Shown here piece by piece: positions 47,437 through 57,576 of a stretch of 64,000 nucleotides of DNA. The stretch's first letter is position 1, and every line of letters begins with the position of its first letter. Source of the stretch: Candidatus Saccharimonadota bacterium (GTDB taxonomy: Bacteria; Patescibacteriota; Saccharimonadia; Saccharimonadales; JACDBH01); contig JAQGGW010000001.1 in NCBI GenBank assembly GCA_028289135.1, forward strand, positions 12,018 to 76,017. Direction: 5' to 3'. The notes under the pieces are model-generated. The model worked only from the letters and a program-made list of their open reading frames with translations. It did not search any database and was not told the origin of the DNA. Position numbers and translations under genes: made by a program.

Positions 47437-47531
47437 GGCAACAGTATACATCTGAGACGCTTCAGATTACAGGTTTAAGTGGTATATTCGGTTTTTTTGT
47501 TTGTAAAACCTTACTTCTCGGATATGCTTTA

Positions 47532-48485
47532 ATGAACATCAATAAGGTAAAAACTATGGATTCTAAGCAAGACAATTCACAAGCCGACCACCCTGTGCCA
47601 CAAACCGGCCCCATCCCTGCACCGACCGCTCCAACACCGTCAGATACGGCTCCATGGCTCCAAAGTTTTACTACGCCTAAGTCCGCACAAACTCCTGAGG
47701 CTTCAACTCCAACAGTTGCACCTGCAGAATCAATCACGGATTTAAGTGCTCTGGCTATTGCTGAAAGCCAACCTTCGGTTCCGCTAGAAATTTCACCCCC
47801 TGCCGCTCAGCCGCACACAAACGATCCGGCTCCAGATGACAAGCCAGCTCCGCCAGCTCCACCCACCCCAATGAAGCAGCCGGATAAGCACCCATCTTCT
47901 GCCAGCCACAAGACGCCGCCGCACCACTCTTCTAGTTCAAAAGCACCAATGATAATTATCATCATCCTAATATTGATTGTCGGAAGTGTCGCCATGGCAA
48001 TTGCCTTTCATAAAAAAGCCCCGGCAAAAACAACCACGGCCACAAAGACTAAAGAAACGGTTGCAACACCTATAAAACCAGACGCCGTTGCCCCGACAAT
48101 TACCGCTACGCCGCAGGAGTTGGCTACAGAGTTTATTAGAGCAAACCAAAACGGCAATAAAACGCTGGCCGACAATCTAATGTCAGCCAAAATGAAGGCT
48201 GGTTTAAAAGAGGCGACTAAATCTGAAAGTTATTACGATTACTGTAAAAATGACCAGTTTTGCGGCTCACTCAAATGGGTAAAAATAGACAACTCAATAA
48301 TTGTTGTTTCGGATGATAAACTCCCTGATGGCTCCGCGGTAAAAGTGGTCAAATACGACATTGCGACAACCACAAACAATACGAAAAGTACTAACACCAT
48401 CAGAATAAGCGTCTCCGCCAATGGAACATCCTGGCAAGTTGAAGATGTTGAGCAATCTTTTAGCGGCGCATTTAGCAACAAATAA
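47532..48485 (+). CDS. Pro-rich single-TM membrane protein
   Basis: Low-complexity P/A/T N-terminus, poly-Ile TM, folded C-terminal domain with a Cys pair. Confidence 0.7.
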   Translation: MNINKVKTMDSKQDNSQADHPVPQTGPIPAPTAPTPSDTAPWLQSFTTPKSAQTPEASTPTVAPAESITDLSALAIAESQPSVPLEISPPAAQPHTNDPAPDDKPAPPAPPTPMKQPDKHPSSASHKTPPHHSSSSKAPMIIIIILILIVGSVAMAIAFHKKAPAKTTTATKTKETVATPIKPDAVAPTITATPQELATEFIRANQNGNKTLADNLMSAKMKAGLKEATKSESYYDYCKNDQFCGSLKWVKIDNSIIVVSDDKLPDGSAVKVVKYDIATTTNNTKSTNTIRISVSANGTSWQVEDVEQSFSGAFSNK

Positions 48486-48487
48486 TA

Positions 48488-49267
48488 TTATTTTTTCTTG
48501 AGGGCTTTTAGGGTAAGTTCGGTGCGGGCTTTGGCATACATACAGTAGTCGCATTCCCCGCCCATGGCAGCCGTACCAACTGCCGGCATTTCACCGTCCA
48601 TACAGGATTTCATTTTAATAATTGTCGGCTCGACCCAATCGGCATTGCCGGTGTACGGGATAACTTTGGTGCGGAATTCTATCCGGTTATTAAAGCCTTC
48701 CATGTCCAAGCGGCCGTTCGCATAGACAAAATAGCCAGTGTCATTAACTTTTAGGCCGTTTTGGCGGAGCAGCCATTGGTAGACCTCCATTTGGCGCTTA
48801 TAGCTTATCTGCCAGTCCGAACTTATGTCCACGTCTCTTGCCTTCGAAGTGGCCTTGTAGTCCACCACAATCACGTTCCCGGCAGGATCAACCCACAGGT
48901 CGTCTACCGCTCCAAAAATATGCAGGTTTGTGGCCTGATGGACGGCTACTACGCCGACAAAGTTTTCGCGCCATTGGTTTAGGCTGTCATGTTCAAACGG
49001 GATGGCGTCAACGCCAAATTCGACCATCAAAGGATGCGGTTGTTTTTTGCTACGGTAGCCGTCAAATTCTTTTTTAAAAAGTTCATCGATGGTTTTGTTG
49101 ATGTTAAACGGCGGCGTGTTTGGGCGGGTAATTTTGAGCCGGGCGTCCAGCCAAAAACACCTTGGACACTGCATATATAGCTCAATTTTAGAACGCGAAA
49201 TCTTATAGGCCGTGGTCTGCCCCGGCTTATACGGCTGCGATCGTTCCCTCCAGTAGTTGTTGGCCAT
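48488..49267 (-). CDS. PD-(D/E)XK nuclease superfamily protein
   Basis: ISRS, CPRC, GAVDD, VDYKAT, RQMEVY, CDYC. Confidence 0.85.
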   Translation of the reverse strand: MANNYWRERSQPYKPGQTTAYKISRSKIELYMQCPRCFWLDARLKITRPNTPPFNINKTIDELFKKEFDGYRSKKQPHPLMVEFGVDAIPFEHDSLNQWRENFVGVVAVHQATNLHIFGAVDDLWVDPAGNVIVVDYKATSKARDVDISSDWQISYKRQMEVYQWLLRQNGLKVNDTGYFVYANGRLDMEGFNNRIEFRTKVIPYTGNADWVEPTIIKMKSCMDGEMPAVGTAAMGGECDYCMYAKARTELTLKALKKK

Positions 49268-49273
49268 GCCTAA

Positions 49274-49966
49274 CTATTGTATCAGCTTTGTCGTGGCAGC
49301 AATGGCGGCGGTTTCGGCGCGGAGGATTAGGTTGCCAAGGTTTAGGCTGCCTAATGAATTTTCTTTAAATAATGCCAGTTCGGCTTCGGTCCAGCCGCCT
49401 TCTGGTCCGATGAAGATTCCTGTGGGTTTGTCACTTTCTCCAAGGGATGTTTCGGATGGTTCGTCACAAACTAGCAGTGTTACTTTGTCTTGATACTCAT
49501 GAACTGCTTCTTCAAGTGTTAACGGTTCCCGGACATGAGGAATGTCGCTCCGTCCGCACTGCTCTGCTGCTTCAATGGCGATTTTTTCAGCTCGTTCGAC
49601 ATTAAACCCAAGTTTTTCACTGCGCTCAGCGATGATTGGCACAAAGTTACTTATACCAAGTTCGGTACATTTTTGGATTACCCACTCGGTTTTGTCTTTT
49701 TTAAGCAGCGACCAAAACAGATAAACATGTTTAGCGGGCAGTTTGCGCTCAAATTCGGTAATTAGCTGCAGCTCGACAGCATCAGGCTCAATACGGCTAA
49801 TTTTGTAAAGCCGCTCAACCGCCACACCGTCAAAAAGCACCACTTCATCGCCAACGCGATAGCGGAAAACTTTAAGCCACTGGTTGCGAAGTTCAGGCGA
49901 CTTAATCCACATGCTTTGTTCAAGCTTGATGTCATCCGGCGCTACATAAAAACGGTGTACTCGCAT
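49274..49966 (-). CDS. rsmE: 16S rRNA m3U1498 methyltransferase
   Basis: QKCTELG, EAAEQCGR, IGPEGG, ILRAETA. Confidence 0.95.
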   Translation of the reverse strand: MRVHRFYVAPDDIKLEQSMWIKSPELRNQWLKVFRYRVGDEVVLFDGVAVERLYKISRIEPDAVELQLITEFERKLPAKHVYLFWSLLKKDKTEWVIQKCTELGISNFVPIIAERSEKLGFNVERAEKIAIEAAEQCGRSDIPHVREPLTLEEAVHEYQDKVTLLVCDEPSETSLGESDKPTGIFIGPEGGWTEAELALFKENSLGSLNLGNLILRAETAAIAATTKLIQ

Positions 49967-49969
49967 TAA

Positions 49970-50136
49970 AGCGCCTCGCCGATGATATTTCGATGATATA
50001 TGGGTGCCAAGCAGCGGTGCCAGGCAAGGCTAATATACCGCAGGCGTACAGTAAAAGTACGTCGAGGATATATTAGACATGGTTGGTGCTGCTGTTTGGT
50101 ATCCAGATACATCGTAAATATTGTTGGTGAGGTGCT
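49970..50136 (+). repeat. RPE-like long palindromic element, family C
   Basis: 167-nt hairpin with many G-T pairs on +; apex CCGCAGGCGTAC-N7-GTACGTCGAGG. Confidence 0.85.
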
Positions 50137-50138
50137 CT

Positions 50139-50735
50139 CTATTGTACCGTAGTTTTTGGAGCTGGTGTGACCGGGTCGCAATATTGTTTGTAGGTACTGT
50201 AATATTTCCCTGCTGGGTCGCAGTATTCGTCAATGCCTGTGCTAGAGCCCGAACCATTATCAATTAAACTATTGTAGCCGCTGAGGTATGGCTTAACTTT
50301 CTGGCAATCTTCGCCTTTTTTGTGGGTGTAGCCAATGTAGAGCGTGCTTTCTTCGTAGGTTGACGATGAAGAGCCAGAATATGCGCTTCCGTATGCCCGG
50401 GTCATCGCCGCGCTAGTTAGCGCTGAAGATATATCGCTGCTGCCGTAGCCCTTTGCGGCTTTGTAGGTCACGCAAAACTTATATTCTTCGTCAGAAATCT
50501 TGCTGTAGGAAATAGTTTTTGGAGCATCTTTTACGCCAGCGGCAGACAGGCTGCTTGGAATTTCTTGTTTGTTTTCAACATATTTATTGAGCTTGTCGGC
50601 AATATCCTGGGCACTTTTTTCGGTTTTAACGTCTTGGCTAGACTGCACGCCGAGCACAATTACATACACCATGAGGCCAAATGTCAGCAAGCCTAGGACC
50701 ATGAGCCCTATGTAGTATTTTTTCATATCTTTCAC
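50139..50735 (-). CDS. hypothetical membrane-anchored protein
   Basis: N-terminal TM; YKFCVTY and further Cys; adjacent to upstream membrane gene. Confidence 0.7.
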   Translation of the reverse strand: MKDMKKYYIGLMVLGLLTFGLMVYVIVLGVQSSQDVKTEKSAQDIADKLNKYVENKQEIPSSLSAAGVKDAPKTISYSKISDEEYKFCVTYKAAKGYGSSDISSALTSAAMTRAYGSAYSGSSSSTYEESTLYIGYTHKKGEDCQKVKPYLSGYNSLIDNGSGSSTGIDEYCDPAGKYYSTYKQYCDPVTPAPKTTVQ

Positions 50736-50739
50736 GGGT

Positions 50740-51468
50740 TTATCTCCTGACGAGCTTATGTTCGTCGATCCAGTAGTAGGCTAAGATTCCGCCCGCAACA
50801 AGCAGAACGGCCGCGGTTGAACCAATGAATTTAGGTATCGAGACGCTGCTGCCGCCACCGATCTTTTCCATAATTACAGCGATGAGCGCTACGATGTTTG
50901 AGAAACAGACTAAAAAAGCCAGTATCTGGGTAATCTGGGAAAATCGGCGCTTTGAGGCTTCGAGGCGGAGTGATGGATCGCTGAGCTCGGCACGACGCAA
51001 ACGAATGTAGAAAAACGCAAAAACCGGTACGGCTACAATGAGAAGTGAAACTGGGAAAGATAGCACCGAAAATGATGCACCGCCGTTGATGAGCGTAACC
51101 AAAATGCCAATAAGTGAAGCGCTCCAGATCCAGAGCATGATAGACATCATCGCGTATTCGATGCCGCGGACGCTCAAGACCCTAACTACAGGCACTGGGC
51201 GGTCGTCCATTGGCATGCTCAGGCTTGGGCTGGCAGTAGCCGGTTCGCTGTTCCACGAGGCTGCTGGTTTTGGCTGTTCTGGGATATAAATTGGCTGCGG
51301 CGCTGGCGGTTGGTAGGCAGGTGCCGGCGGCTGCATTGGTGCGGCAGGAGCTGGGTCTGGTGAGCCGTGCTCTGGGATTTGATGCGCGTATGGAGTGTAG
51401 CTCTCGGGCGCGGGGCTAGGCTCTGGTGGGTTTGGCTGCCATGAATTTTGACCGTTGTTATTGTCCAT
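50740..51468 (-). CDS. membrane protein (DUF5671-like)
   Basis: Pro-rich N-terminus then 4 TM; LIVAVPVF, AYYW. Confidence 0.65.
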   Translation of the reverse strand: MDNNNGQNSWQPNPPEPSPAPESYTPYAHQIPEHGSPDPAPAAPMQPPAPAYQPPAPQPIYIPEQPKPAASWNSEPATASPSLSMPMDDRPVPVVRVLSVRGIEYAMMSIMLWIWSASLIGILVTLINGGASFSVLSFPVSLLIVAVPVFAFFYIRLRRAELSDPSLRLEASKRRFSQITQILAFLVCFSNIVALIAVIMEKIGGGSSVSIPKFIGSTAAVLLVAGGILAYYWIDEHKLVRR

Positions 51469-51548
51469 GCTGGAGGTTTCCTGTTTATGCTTTTAAGGTA
51501 AGTATACGACCAAGCCTGAGAAAATACTATTACCCTTATTAATCTTAT

Positions 51549-52166
51549 TTAAAGACGAATATTAAGCAGCTCTTTGGGCTTGTCGATTATAAAACTTGGA
51601 TGCTGTTTGCTTAAAATTTCACGGGTATTAAAACCCCAGGTAACAGACACGCCCTTGATAAAAGCCAGCCGTGCCGCCTGGATGTCGCGTGTTTCGTCAC
51701 CAATGTAAACAGTGTGTTTGCGCGGCATATGATGCTTTTTCATAATTTTACGGATATGTTTGGCTTTTTTGAACAGCCCAGCGCCTGATTCTATGTCGGC
51801 AAAATAGTCGGGTACTTTGTTGAGGTTTAGAAATTTATCAACGCTGTCGCGGGTGTTAGACGTAACAATATAGAGCTTATCCCCCCTTTCGTGAAGTGTT
51901 TTAAGAGTCTCTGGAAGCCCCGGGAAGCTAGTAAGCGTTGGGATAAGCGCCTTAAAATCTGGCAGCCCGCTTAAAAGCAGCTTGGGCAGCTGCCACCAGT
52001 GAACCCCAAGGCTGCGGATTGCGCGGCGGGACGTCATCCCCCGCAACGCCTGGATTTCATCGGCGCTTAAAGGGTTATCGTTATTGCGGATGTTTTTGTT
52101 ATAAATGGCAACCATAGCCACAAAACTGTCAGCAATGGTCCCGTCAAAGTCAAAGATATAGTTCAC
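51549..52166 (-). CDS. HAD-superfamily phosphatase
   Basis: FDFDGT, VTSN, IGDETRD, VTWGF. Confidence 0.92.
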   Translation of the reverse strand: MNYIFDFDGTIADSFVAMVAIYNKNIRNNDNPLSADEIQALRGMTSRRAIRSLGVHWWQLPKLLLSGLPDFKALIPTLTSFPGLPETLKTLHERGDKLYIVTSNTRDSVDKFLNLNKVPDYFADIESGAGLFKKAKHIRKIMKKHHMPRKHTVYIGDETRDIQAARLAFIKGVSVTWGFNTREILSKQHPSFIIDKPKELLNIRL

Positions 52167-52182
52167 AATTTAATTATACAGG

Positions 52183-52665
52183 CTATGCTACTGCTTCGTA
52201 AGGAATATGGCACATGCCTCTGCCTGTACGCTCGGCAAATTTTTGATGGTAATCTTCGGCTGGCCAAAATTCTGATGCTTGAGTTATCTCCGTCACAATT
52301 GGTTCGTTAAAGTTGCTTTGCGCTTCTTTTTTAGCTGCTTCGGCCTGCTCTTTTTGCTCTTCGCTGGTATAGAAAATGGCGGTTCGGTAGCTGTCGCCCA
52401 CATCTGGGCCTTGGCGGTTCATTTGGGTTGGGTCGTGCATTTTAAAAAACTGCTTTAGCAAAGTTTTATAGCTTACAACGCTTGGATCAAATTCGATTTT
52501 TAATGCCTCGGCGTGCCCTGTTGTATGTGTGCAAACATCTTCGTAACTTGGGTGGCTAGTGTGGCCGCCTGTATAGCCAACAACCGTTTCTTTTACCCCC
52601 GGTACTTGGTCAAAATAAAACTGTACTCCCCAAAAACATCCTGCTGCAAATATTGCTGTCTCCAT
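52183..52665 (-). CDS. msrA: methionine sulfoxide reductase A
   Basis: GCFWG, GHAE, HDPT..NRQG.D.G, AEDYHQ. Confidence 0.96.
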   Translation of the reverse strand: METAIFAAGCFWGVQFYFDQVPGVKETVVGYTGGHTSHPSYEDVCTHTTGHAEALKIEFDPSVVSYKTLLKQFFKMHDPTQMNRQGPDVGDSYRTAIFYTSEEQKEQAEAAKKEAQSNFNEPIVTEITQASEFWPAEDYHQKFAERTGRGMCHIPYEAVA

Positions 52666-52967
52666 TATTCACTAACCTGTATATCCCGCCAGAAAGCTAT
52701 GTAGTTGGCGAAGTCTTTTTTGACGATGGCGATGGCACCTGGTTTTGGTTCTGGGTAACTAAATGCCGAGTCTTTGCTGACTGTGTCGCCGGCATGTACA
52801 TCAAAATATTGGCAGACGCCTTTCCATGGGCAGGTGTACGGTGTGTCAGACTTGGTTAACATTTCGGCTTTGACTGAGCTTGGCGGAAAGTACCAGTTGC
52901 CTTCAATATAAATTAAATCTGCCTTGTCGGCTTCGGCGATAACTTGGTCGTTTAACAATGCTTTCAT
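52665..52967 (-). CDS. DUF427 domain protein
   Basis: EGNWYFPP, CPWKG, SYPEP. Confidence 0.9.
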   Translation of the reverse strand: MKALLNDQVIAEADKADLIYIEGNWYFPPSSVKAEMLTKSDTPYTCPWKGVCQYFDVHAGDTVSKDSAFSYPEPKPGAIAIVKKDFANYIAFWRDIQVSE

Positions 52968-53308
52968 AGTTTAATCCTTACATAAATCATCTCGTGTTCT
53001 TCTTGAGAATCATTGGTTATTTTATGTTGTGTACTAGCCGGAAAAATAAATACATCGCCTGGAGCGTATTCATATTCCCCATCCTCGTCGGACACCTTTC
53101 CTTCCCCTTTTAAGACAACCATAATTTCTTCAACGCCTTCGTGATCATGCCAGTCAAAACTATTTCCAGCCGGCAAAAATCCGTGGGTCATGGCTTCAAG
53201 ATTAGTACTTTTTAAAAATTCAGGCGATGCAAAAACCTTGCGCGACCCTGTGCCGCCATGGGCTTCTTCTTTGGGAATATCTGCAGCTGCCCGTTTGATT
53301 ATCTTCAC
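52964..53308 (-). CDS. cupin domain protein
   Basis: HDH...EE...GEG; PGD..FP....H. Confidence 0.88.
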   Translation of the reverse strand: MKIIKRAAADIPKEEAHGGTGSRKVFASPEFLKSTNLEAMTHGFLPAGNSFDWHDHEGVEEIMVVLKGEGKVSDEDGEYEYAPGDVFIFPASTQHKITNDSQEEHEMIYVRIKL

Positions 53309-53330
53309 ACTTTTAGTTTAGCAGATAAAT

Positions 53331-54713
53331 CTATTCGGTTCTTAATGCTTCTATTGGATCTAGCTTTGCGGCTTTGCGTGCTGGAAGCAGGCCTGCGATT
53401 GTCGCGACCAACATTAGGGCTGCAATAAGTAAAGCCATCTGCAGCGGACGATATATCAAAAGACTGTTACCCGCTCCAAGATCAAGCTTTTTGGTGAGAT
53501 ATGGATTTAACGCAATTCCTGTTACAATGCCAGCAATCGATCCCAATGCTCCGCCCAATAGGCCGATCCAAGTTGCCTCAATCATGAAAAGCTGGCTAAT
53601 TTCACCGCGCGCCATGCCAAGAGCTTTCATAAGCCCGATTTCGCGGGTGCGCTCCAGCACACTTATATACTGCGTGTTCACAATGCCAAAAACAGACGCG
53701 ATTACGGTAATAAACCCAAAGACGCCAACCATAATTGTCAAAATGTTCACGAACTGCGTAATGGTTTTCTGCAGGTCCTTACTACTTTGCACATAAAAAC
53801 CTTCACTCCGTAGATTGTCTTCGGCGGCATTTAGTTTTGCCGCGTCAGCCCCGTCCTTTACCTGCACCGAAACAAAAAGATATTTATTATAGTCGGTAGT
53901 CCCCTTGGCGCTAAAATCATAAACTTCACGCGCGTCAGTGCTGCTTATACGAATCGGCTCAACACCAATTGCAAGGCTCGTAGCGGTTTTTTTGGTTACA
54001 GCGGCAATGGTATAGCTAAATACTTGGTCTTTTGCTTTGACGGCTTCGCTATTTGCAAGCTGTGCTGCGGTTTGGTTGCTTGTTAATAAAGCCTTGAGGC
54101 TCTCGGTAGAAAAAGGCTGCTGGATATCAACTTGTATGGTTTTGCCGATTGCGTCTTGGTCATTTTGAAAGCCCAGTAATTTTACATACACCTCTGGCAA
54201 CAAGACGCTGCCTGTTTTTATGTCACCGCCTGAAGGCACTGCGCCAGCACCCAGCTCTGGTTTTTGCGAAGGGTTATACGGCTCGGCACCGCCCGTATAT
54301 TTTTTTTGGCCCTCACGCGTTATATAGCGGATAGTAATCTGAAAGTTTTCGCGTACTTTTTCTACGTATGGCTTTTGCCTGAGTCCTTCGGCTTCTGCCT
54401 CGGTAATCCGCTTAACTTGGACGCTGGATTTGGCACCAACAGAAACAGTGGAGATAGAGTCGTCATACTCTTGCGGGTCGCTGCCGGCCGCGCTGCCAGA
54501 GCCAATGGTTTTGTCACGGCCAACAATTAGCTCGCTCGGGTCAAAGTTGTTGCTAATTAGTTTGCCAGTATAGTCATGCAGGCCGTTACTGGCCGCGAGT
54601 GTTAATGACAAGACAAACGCACCGACGGCAATGGCAAGGGCGGTTAAAAGTGTGCGGAGTTTTGAGGCACGCAGACTTCTACTTCCCCTTTTGACGACAT
54701 CTCTAAAATACAT
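53331..54713 (-). CDS. MacB/FtsX-type ABC permease
   Basis: RTLLT, ERTREIGLMKALG, PARKAAKLDPIEALR. Confidence 0.92.
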   Translation of the reverse strand: MYFRDVVKRGSRSLRASKLRTLLTALAIAVGAFVLSLTLAASNGLHDYTGKLISNNFDPSELIVGRDKTIGSGSAAGSDPQEYDDSISTVSVGAKSSVQVKRITEAEAEGLRQKPYVEKVRENFQITIRYITREGQKKYTGGAEPYNPSQKPELGAGAVPSGGDIKTGSVLLPEVYVKLLGFQNDQDAIGKTIQVDIQQPFSTESLKALLTSNQTAAQLANSEAVKAKDQVFSYTIAAVTKKTATSLAIGVEPIRISSTDAREVYDFSAKGTTDYNKYLFVSVQVKDGADAAKLNAAEDNLRSEGFYVQSSKDLQKTITQFVNILTIMVGVFGFITVIASVFGIVNTQYISVLERTREIGLMKALGMARGEISQLFMIEATWIGLLGGALGSIAGIVTGIALNPYLTKKLDLGAGNSLLIYRPLQMALLIAALMLVATIAGLLPARKAAKLDPIEALRTE

Positions 54714-55393
54714 TATTTAAAGCCTTTCATAGACTCAATTTTGCCGTCTTTAATCCGTACCTGCATTTTGCATCGTGCGGCAAGGTCGTGGTCGTGCGTA
54801 ACTATAATAAGCGTGCTTCCAAGTGTTTTGTTTAGCTCAAAAAGCAGATCCATAATTTTGTCGCCCGTAGCGCTGTCCAGGTTCCCGGTTGGTTCGTCGG
54901 CAAAAATAAGACTCGGCTTGTTTACGATGGCGCGTGCAATTGCCAGGCGCTGCTTTTGCCCGCCAGACAGTTTGCTGGCATCAGTGTCAATTTTGCTTTC
55001 CAGCTCAACATCCAAAAGCGCGTCCTTGACCATTTCCCGGCGTTTTTTACGCGGAACTTGGGCAATCTCGAGCGGCAGCATAACGTTTTGGTAGCAACTT
55101 TGGTTTGGCTCAATAAAAAAAGACTGGAAAATAAAACTCATTTCGGTTGCGCGGAAACGGTCCATGGCTTTTGGCTTTAGCTTTGCCAGCTCTTTGCCAT
55201 CAATAATTATGCTGCCCGCGGTAATGTGGTCGAGCCCGCTCATGACGTGCATAAGCGTCGACTTGCCCGAGCCGCTTTTGCCCACAATGGCGAGCGTCGC
55301 CCCATCCGGAATAGTCAGGTTAATGTTTTCGAGAGCCGTAAACATGCCCTCTTTTTTGCCATACACCTTAGAGACATCTTTAACCTTAATCAT
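54713..55393 (-). CDS. ABC transporter ATP-binding protein (LolD/MacB-like)
   Basis: GKSGSGKS, LSGGQ, ADEPTGNLD. Confidence 0.93.
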   Translation of the reverse strand: MIKVKDVSKVYGKKEGMFTALENINLTIPDGATLAIVGKSGSGKSTLMHVMSGLDHITAGSIIIDGKELAKLKPKAMDRFRATEMSFIFQSFFIEPNQSCYQNVMLPLEIAQVPRKKRREMVKDALLDVELESKIDTDASKLSGGQKQRLAIARAIVNKPSLIFADEPTGNLDSATGDKIMDLLFELNKTLGSTLIIVTHDHDLAARCKMQVRIKDGKIESMKGFK

Positions 55394-55471
55394 TATTATG
55401 AGTATAGCGCATCGTTCACCCGAGTGTAAGACAGTACTAATTATCCCTGTTAAATGCTATACTTGGGTCTT

Positions 55472-57127
55472 ATGCTCCTCCGTGTTGATATCGAAGATAA
55501 GCTTATGGGAAATAAGCACCTGCTGCACAACCTGCAGTTTTTTGTTGATGATGGCGAAAAAGTCGGCGTTGTCGGCCGTAACGGCGTTGGCAAGACGACA
55601 TTATTCAATGTACTAGCCGGACTGGACACTGAATTTGAAGGACAAATTGACCTTAAAAAAGGCCTGAGGATGATCGCGACCGCTCAGGAGCACCACAACA
55701 TTGGTGATGTGTCGGCGCTGCAGTATATTTTGGACCGCTTGCCAGACTATAAAAGGCTTAAAAACATTATTGATACCTACCCCGAAACCATGGGCGATAA
55801 TATGCGCAAAATCCATGAGTATTCCGAAGCGTTGGAGCTGTTTGGCCATAAGAATTATTACGATGTCGAAGATAGATTGATGCAAAACTTGGCCAAATAC
55901 CAGATTGATGAGAAAAAGGCATTAATGCCAATGACGGGCTTGAGCGGCGGTCAAAAACGTTTTGTTGAACTTATTTTGGTGCAGTTTTCCGAACCGGATT
56001 TGGCACTCATCGACGAGCCAACCAACCACATGGACTACATCGCCAAAAAAGCTTTTATCGAATGGCTGGAAGCCGCCAAACACGCTTGTCTTATCATTAC
56101 CCACGACCGTGACGTGCTCGAAAAAGTGGACCGGATAATAGACCTTAAAGATAAAAAAGCCTTTCCGTACAAGGGCAATTACAGCGCATATCTTAAGCAA
56201 AACACGACTAACACAACCAACCAGCTGCAAAGCTATGAGATTGCCCAAAAAACTATGGCTAACCTACGCAGCCAGATTGCTTACGCCATTGCCCGCGCGC
56301 CTGGCTATGCCGGCAAATCTGCCAACAACCCGTTTATTGTTATGCGCGACCGCTTGCGCAAAGAGCTGGCTGAGTTAGAAGCCGCTAACCCCAAGCCGAG
56401 CTTTTGGATTGACCAAGAATCGGCCGCGGCCCTTAACCCTAAAACCACTGCGAATTATGAGAAGTTTAAGGCTAAAAATATCAAGATAGACAAACAAACC
56501 GAGGGCGAACGCGCCACTACCCTTTTGACGCTAAATGGCGTCCAGCTGGGCTACGATGCAAATCCACTGTTTGCCCCTGCTAGCTTTGCATTGCAATCAG
56601 CTGAGCGCCTGCACATAATTGGCCGCAACGGCGCAGGTAAAACTACTTTGGTACGTGCCATTGCAAATGGTGTGCGCGGTGAAAAAATCCCTACGCTAAT
56701 TAAGGGCACGATTACACCCGGCCATCACATCCGCCTCAATATGTATGAACAGGAAATGGACGATAAGTTATTAGAATTAACACTTTATGAAGCCATCGAA
56801 AGCATCTACCGCGACTTTGACCTAGCCATTAACCCCCAGAACATTATGCGCAGCATGGGCGATTATTTGTTTGAGCCGGCCGTTGATTCGCAGATTTTGG
56901 TCAAGAACCTAAGCGGTGGCCAAAAAGCCCGGCTGCAGCTAATTAGAATGCTGATCAACAAACCAAACCTGCTAATTTTAGATGAGCCAACCAACCACCT
57001 TGACCTGCCGAGTATCGAAGAGCTAGAAAACGCCCTAAAGCCATACCACGGTGCCATAATCTACATTTCACACGACAGCTACTTTGCCCGCAATCTTGGC
57101 GGTAAAGAACTCAAGATCAGTAAATAG
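55472..57127 (+). CDS. ABC-F family ribosome-associated ATPase
   Basis: Two NBDs (GRNGVGKT, GRNGAGKT, LSGGQ x2, DEPTNH x2), no TM. Confidence 0.93.
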   Translation: MLLRVDIEDKLMGNKHLLHNLQFFVDDGEKVGVVGRNGVGKTTLFNVLAGLDTEFEGQIDLKKGLRMIATAQEHHNIGDVSALQYILDRLPDYKRLKNIIDTYPETMGDNMRKIHEYSEALELFGHKNYYDVEDRLMQNLAKYQIDEKKALMPMTGLSGGQKRFVELILVQFSEPDLALIDEPTNHMDYIAKKAFIEWLEAAKHACLIITHDRDVLEKVDRIIDLKDKKAFPYKGNYSAYLKQNTTNTTNQLQSYEIAQKTMANLRSQIAYAIARAPGYAGKSANNPFIVMRDRLRKELAELEAANPKPSFWIDQESAAALNPKTTANYEKFKAKNIKIDKQTEGERATTLLTLNGVQLGYDANPLFAPASFALQSAERLHIIGRNGAGKTTLVRAIANGVRGEKIPTLIKGTITPGHHIRLNMYEQEMDDKLLELTLYEAIESIYRDFDLAINPQNIMRSMGDYLFEPAVDSQILVKNLSGGQKARLQLIRMLINKPNLLILDEPTNHLDLPSIEELENALKPYHGAIIYISHDSYFARNLGGKELKISK

Positions 57128-57523
57128 TTAGCTATTTTCTGAGTTATTTACGGATGTTTGATTGAGCGTGTCGCCGGGTTCTGGGGTTGAGTGATTTTTC
57201 TTAACTACGTTGTATGTGTTTTCGGATTTAATAACAACTTCAATGTCTGTAACCTGATGGTTTGGTTTTACGATAAAACAGTTTCTGTCTTCATGGATCG
57301 TTCTGTAAATGCTTAGACGCACCGGAATCCGCGCTTCGCAGTTTTCGTCCGAACATTCGCACTTAAATTCGAGCCGCAAATCGTCATTACGCACAAGATG
57401 CGGGTTGCCGTCTTTAACGTGCATTGCATCGAGCTTATCCAGGCCCCTGCCAACTTTTTCGTTGACGCGCCGGAAAATCATTTCATTCTCGATTTGTTTG
57501 CGTTCCTCAACCGGTAACTTCAT
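57128..57523 (-). CDS. conserved hypothetical protein, Cys/His putative metal site
   Basis: NEMIFRRVNE, FKCECSDENC, PNH. Confidence 0.7.
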   Translation of the reverse strand: MKLPVEERKQIENEMIFRRVNEKVGRGLDKLDAMHVKDGNPHLVRNDDLRLEFKCECSDENCEARIPVRLSIYRTIHEDRNCFIVKPNHQVTDIEVVIKSENTYNVVKKNHSTPEPGDTLNQTSVNNSENS

Positions 57524-57576
57524 GCTTAAAATATACCAGCCAGCCAAAAATATGTCACTAGGTTAAGTTAATTTTG

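Noticed and set aside
48488..49267. Cas4/CRISPR system
   Set aside because: No cas1/cas2 or repeat-spacer array; Cys arrangement is 2+2, consistent with a solo PD-(D/E)XK nuclease.
55472..57127. Antibiotic-resistance ABC-F
   Set aside because: Subfamily cannot be assigned by eye, and there is no room for a regulatory leader upstream.
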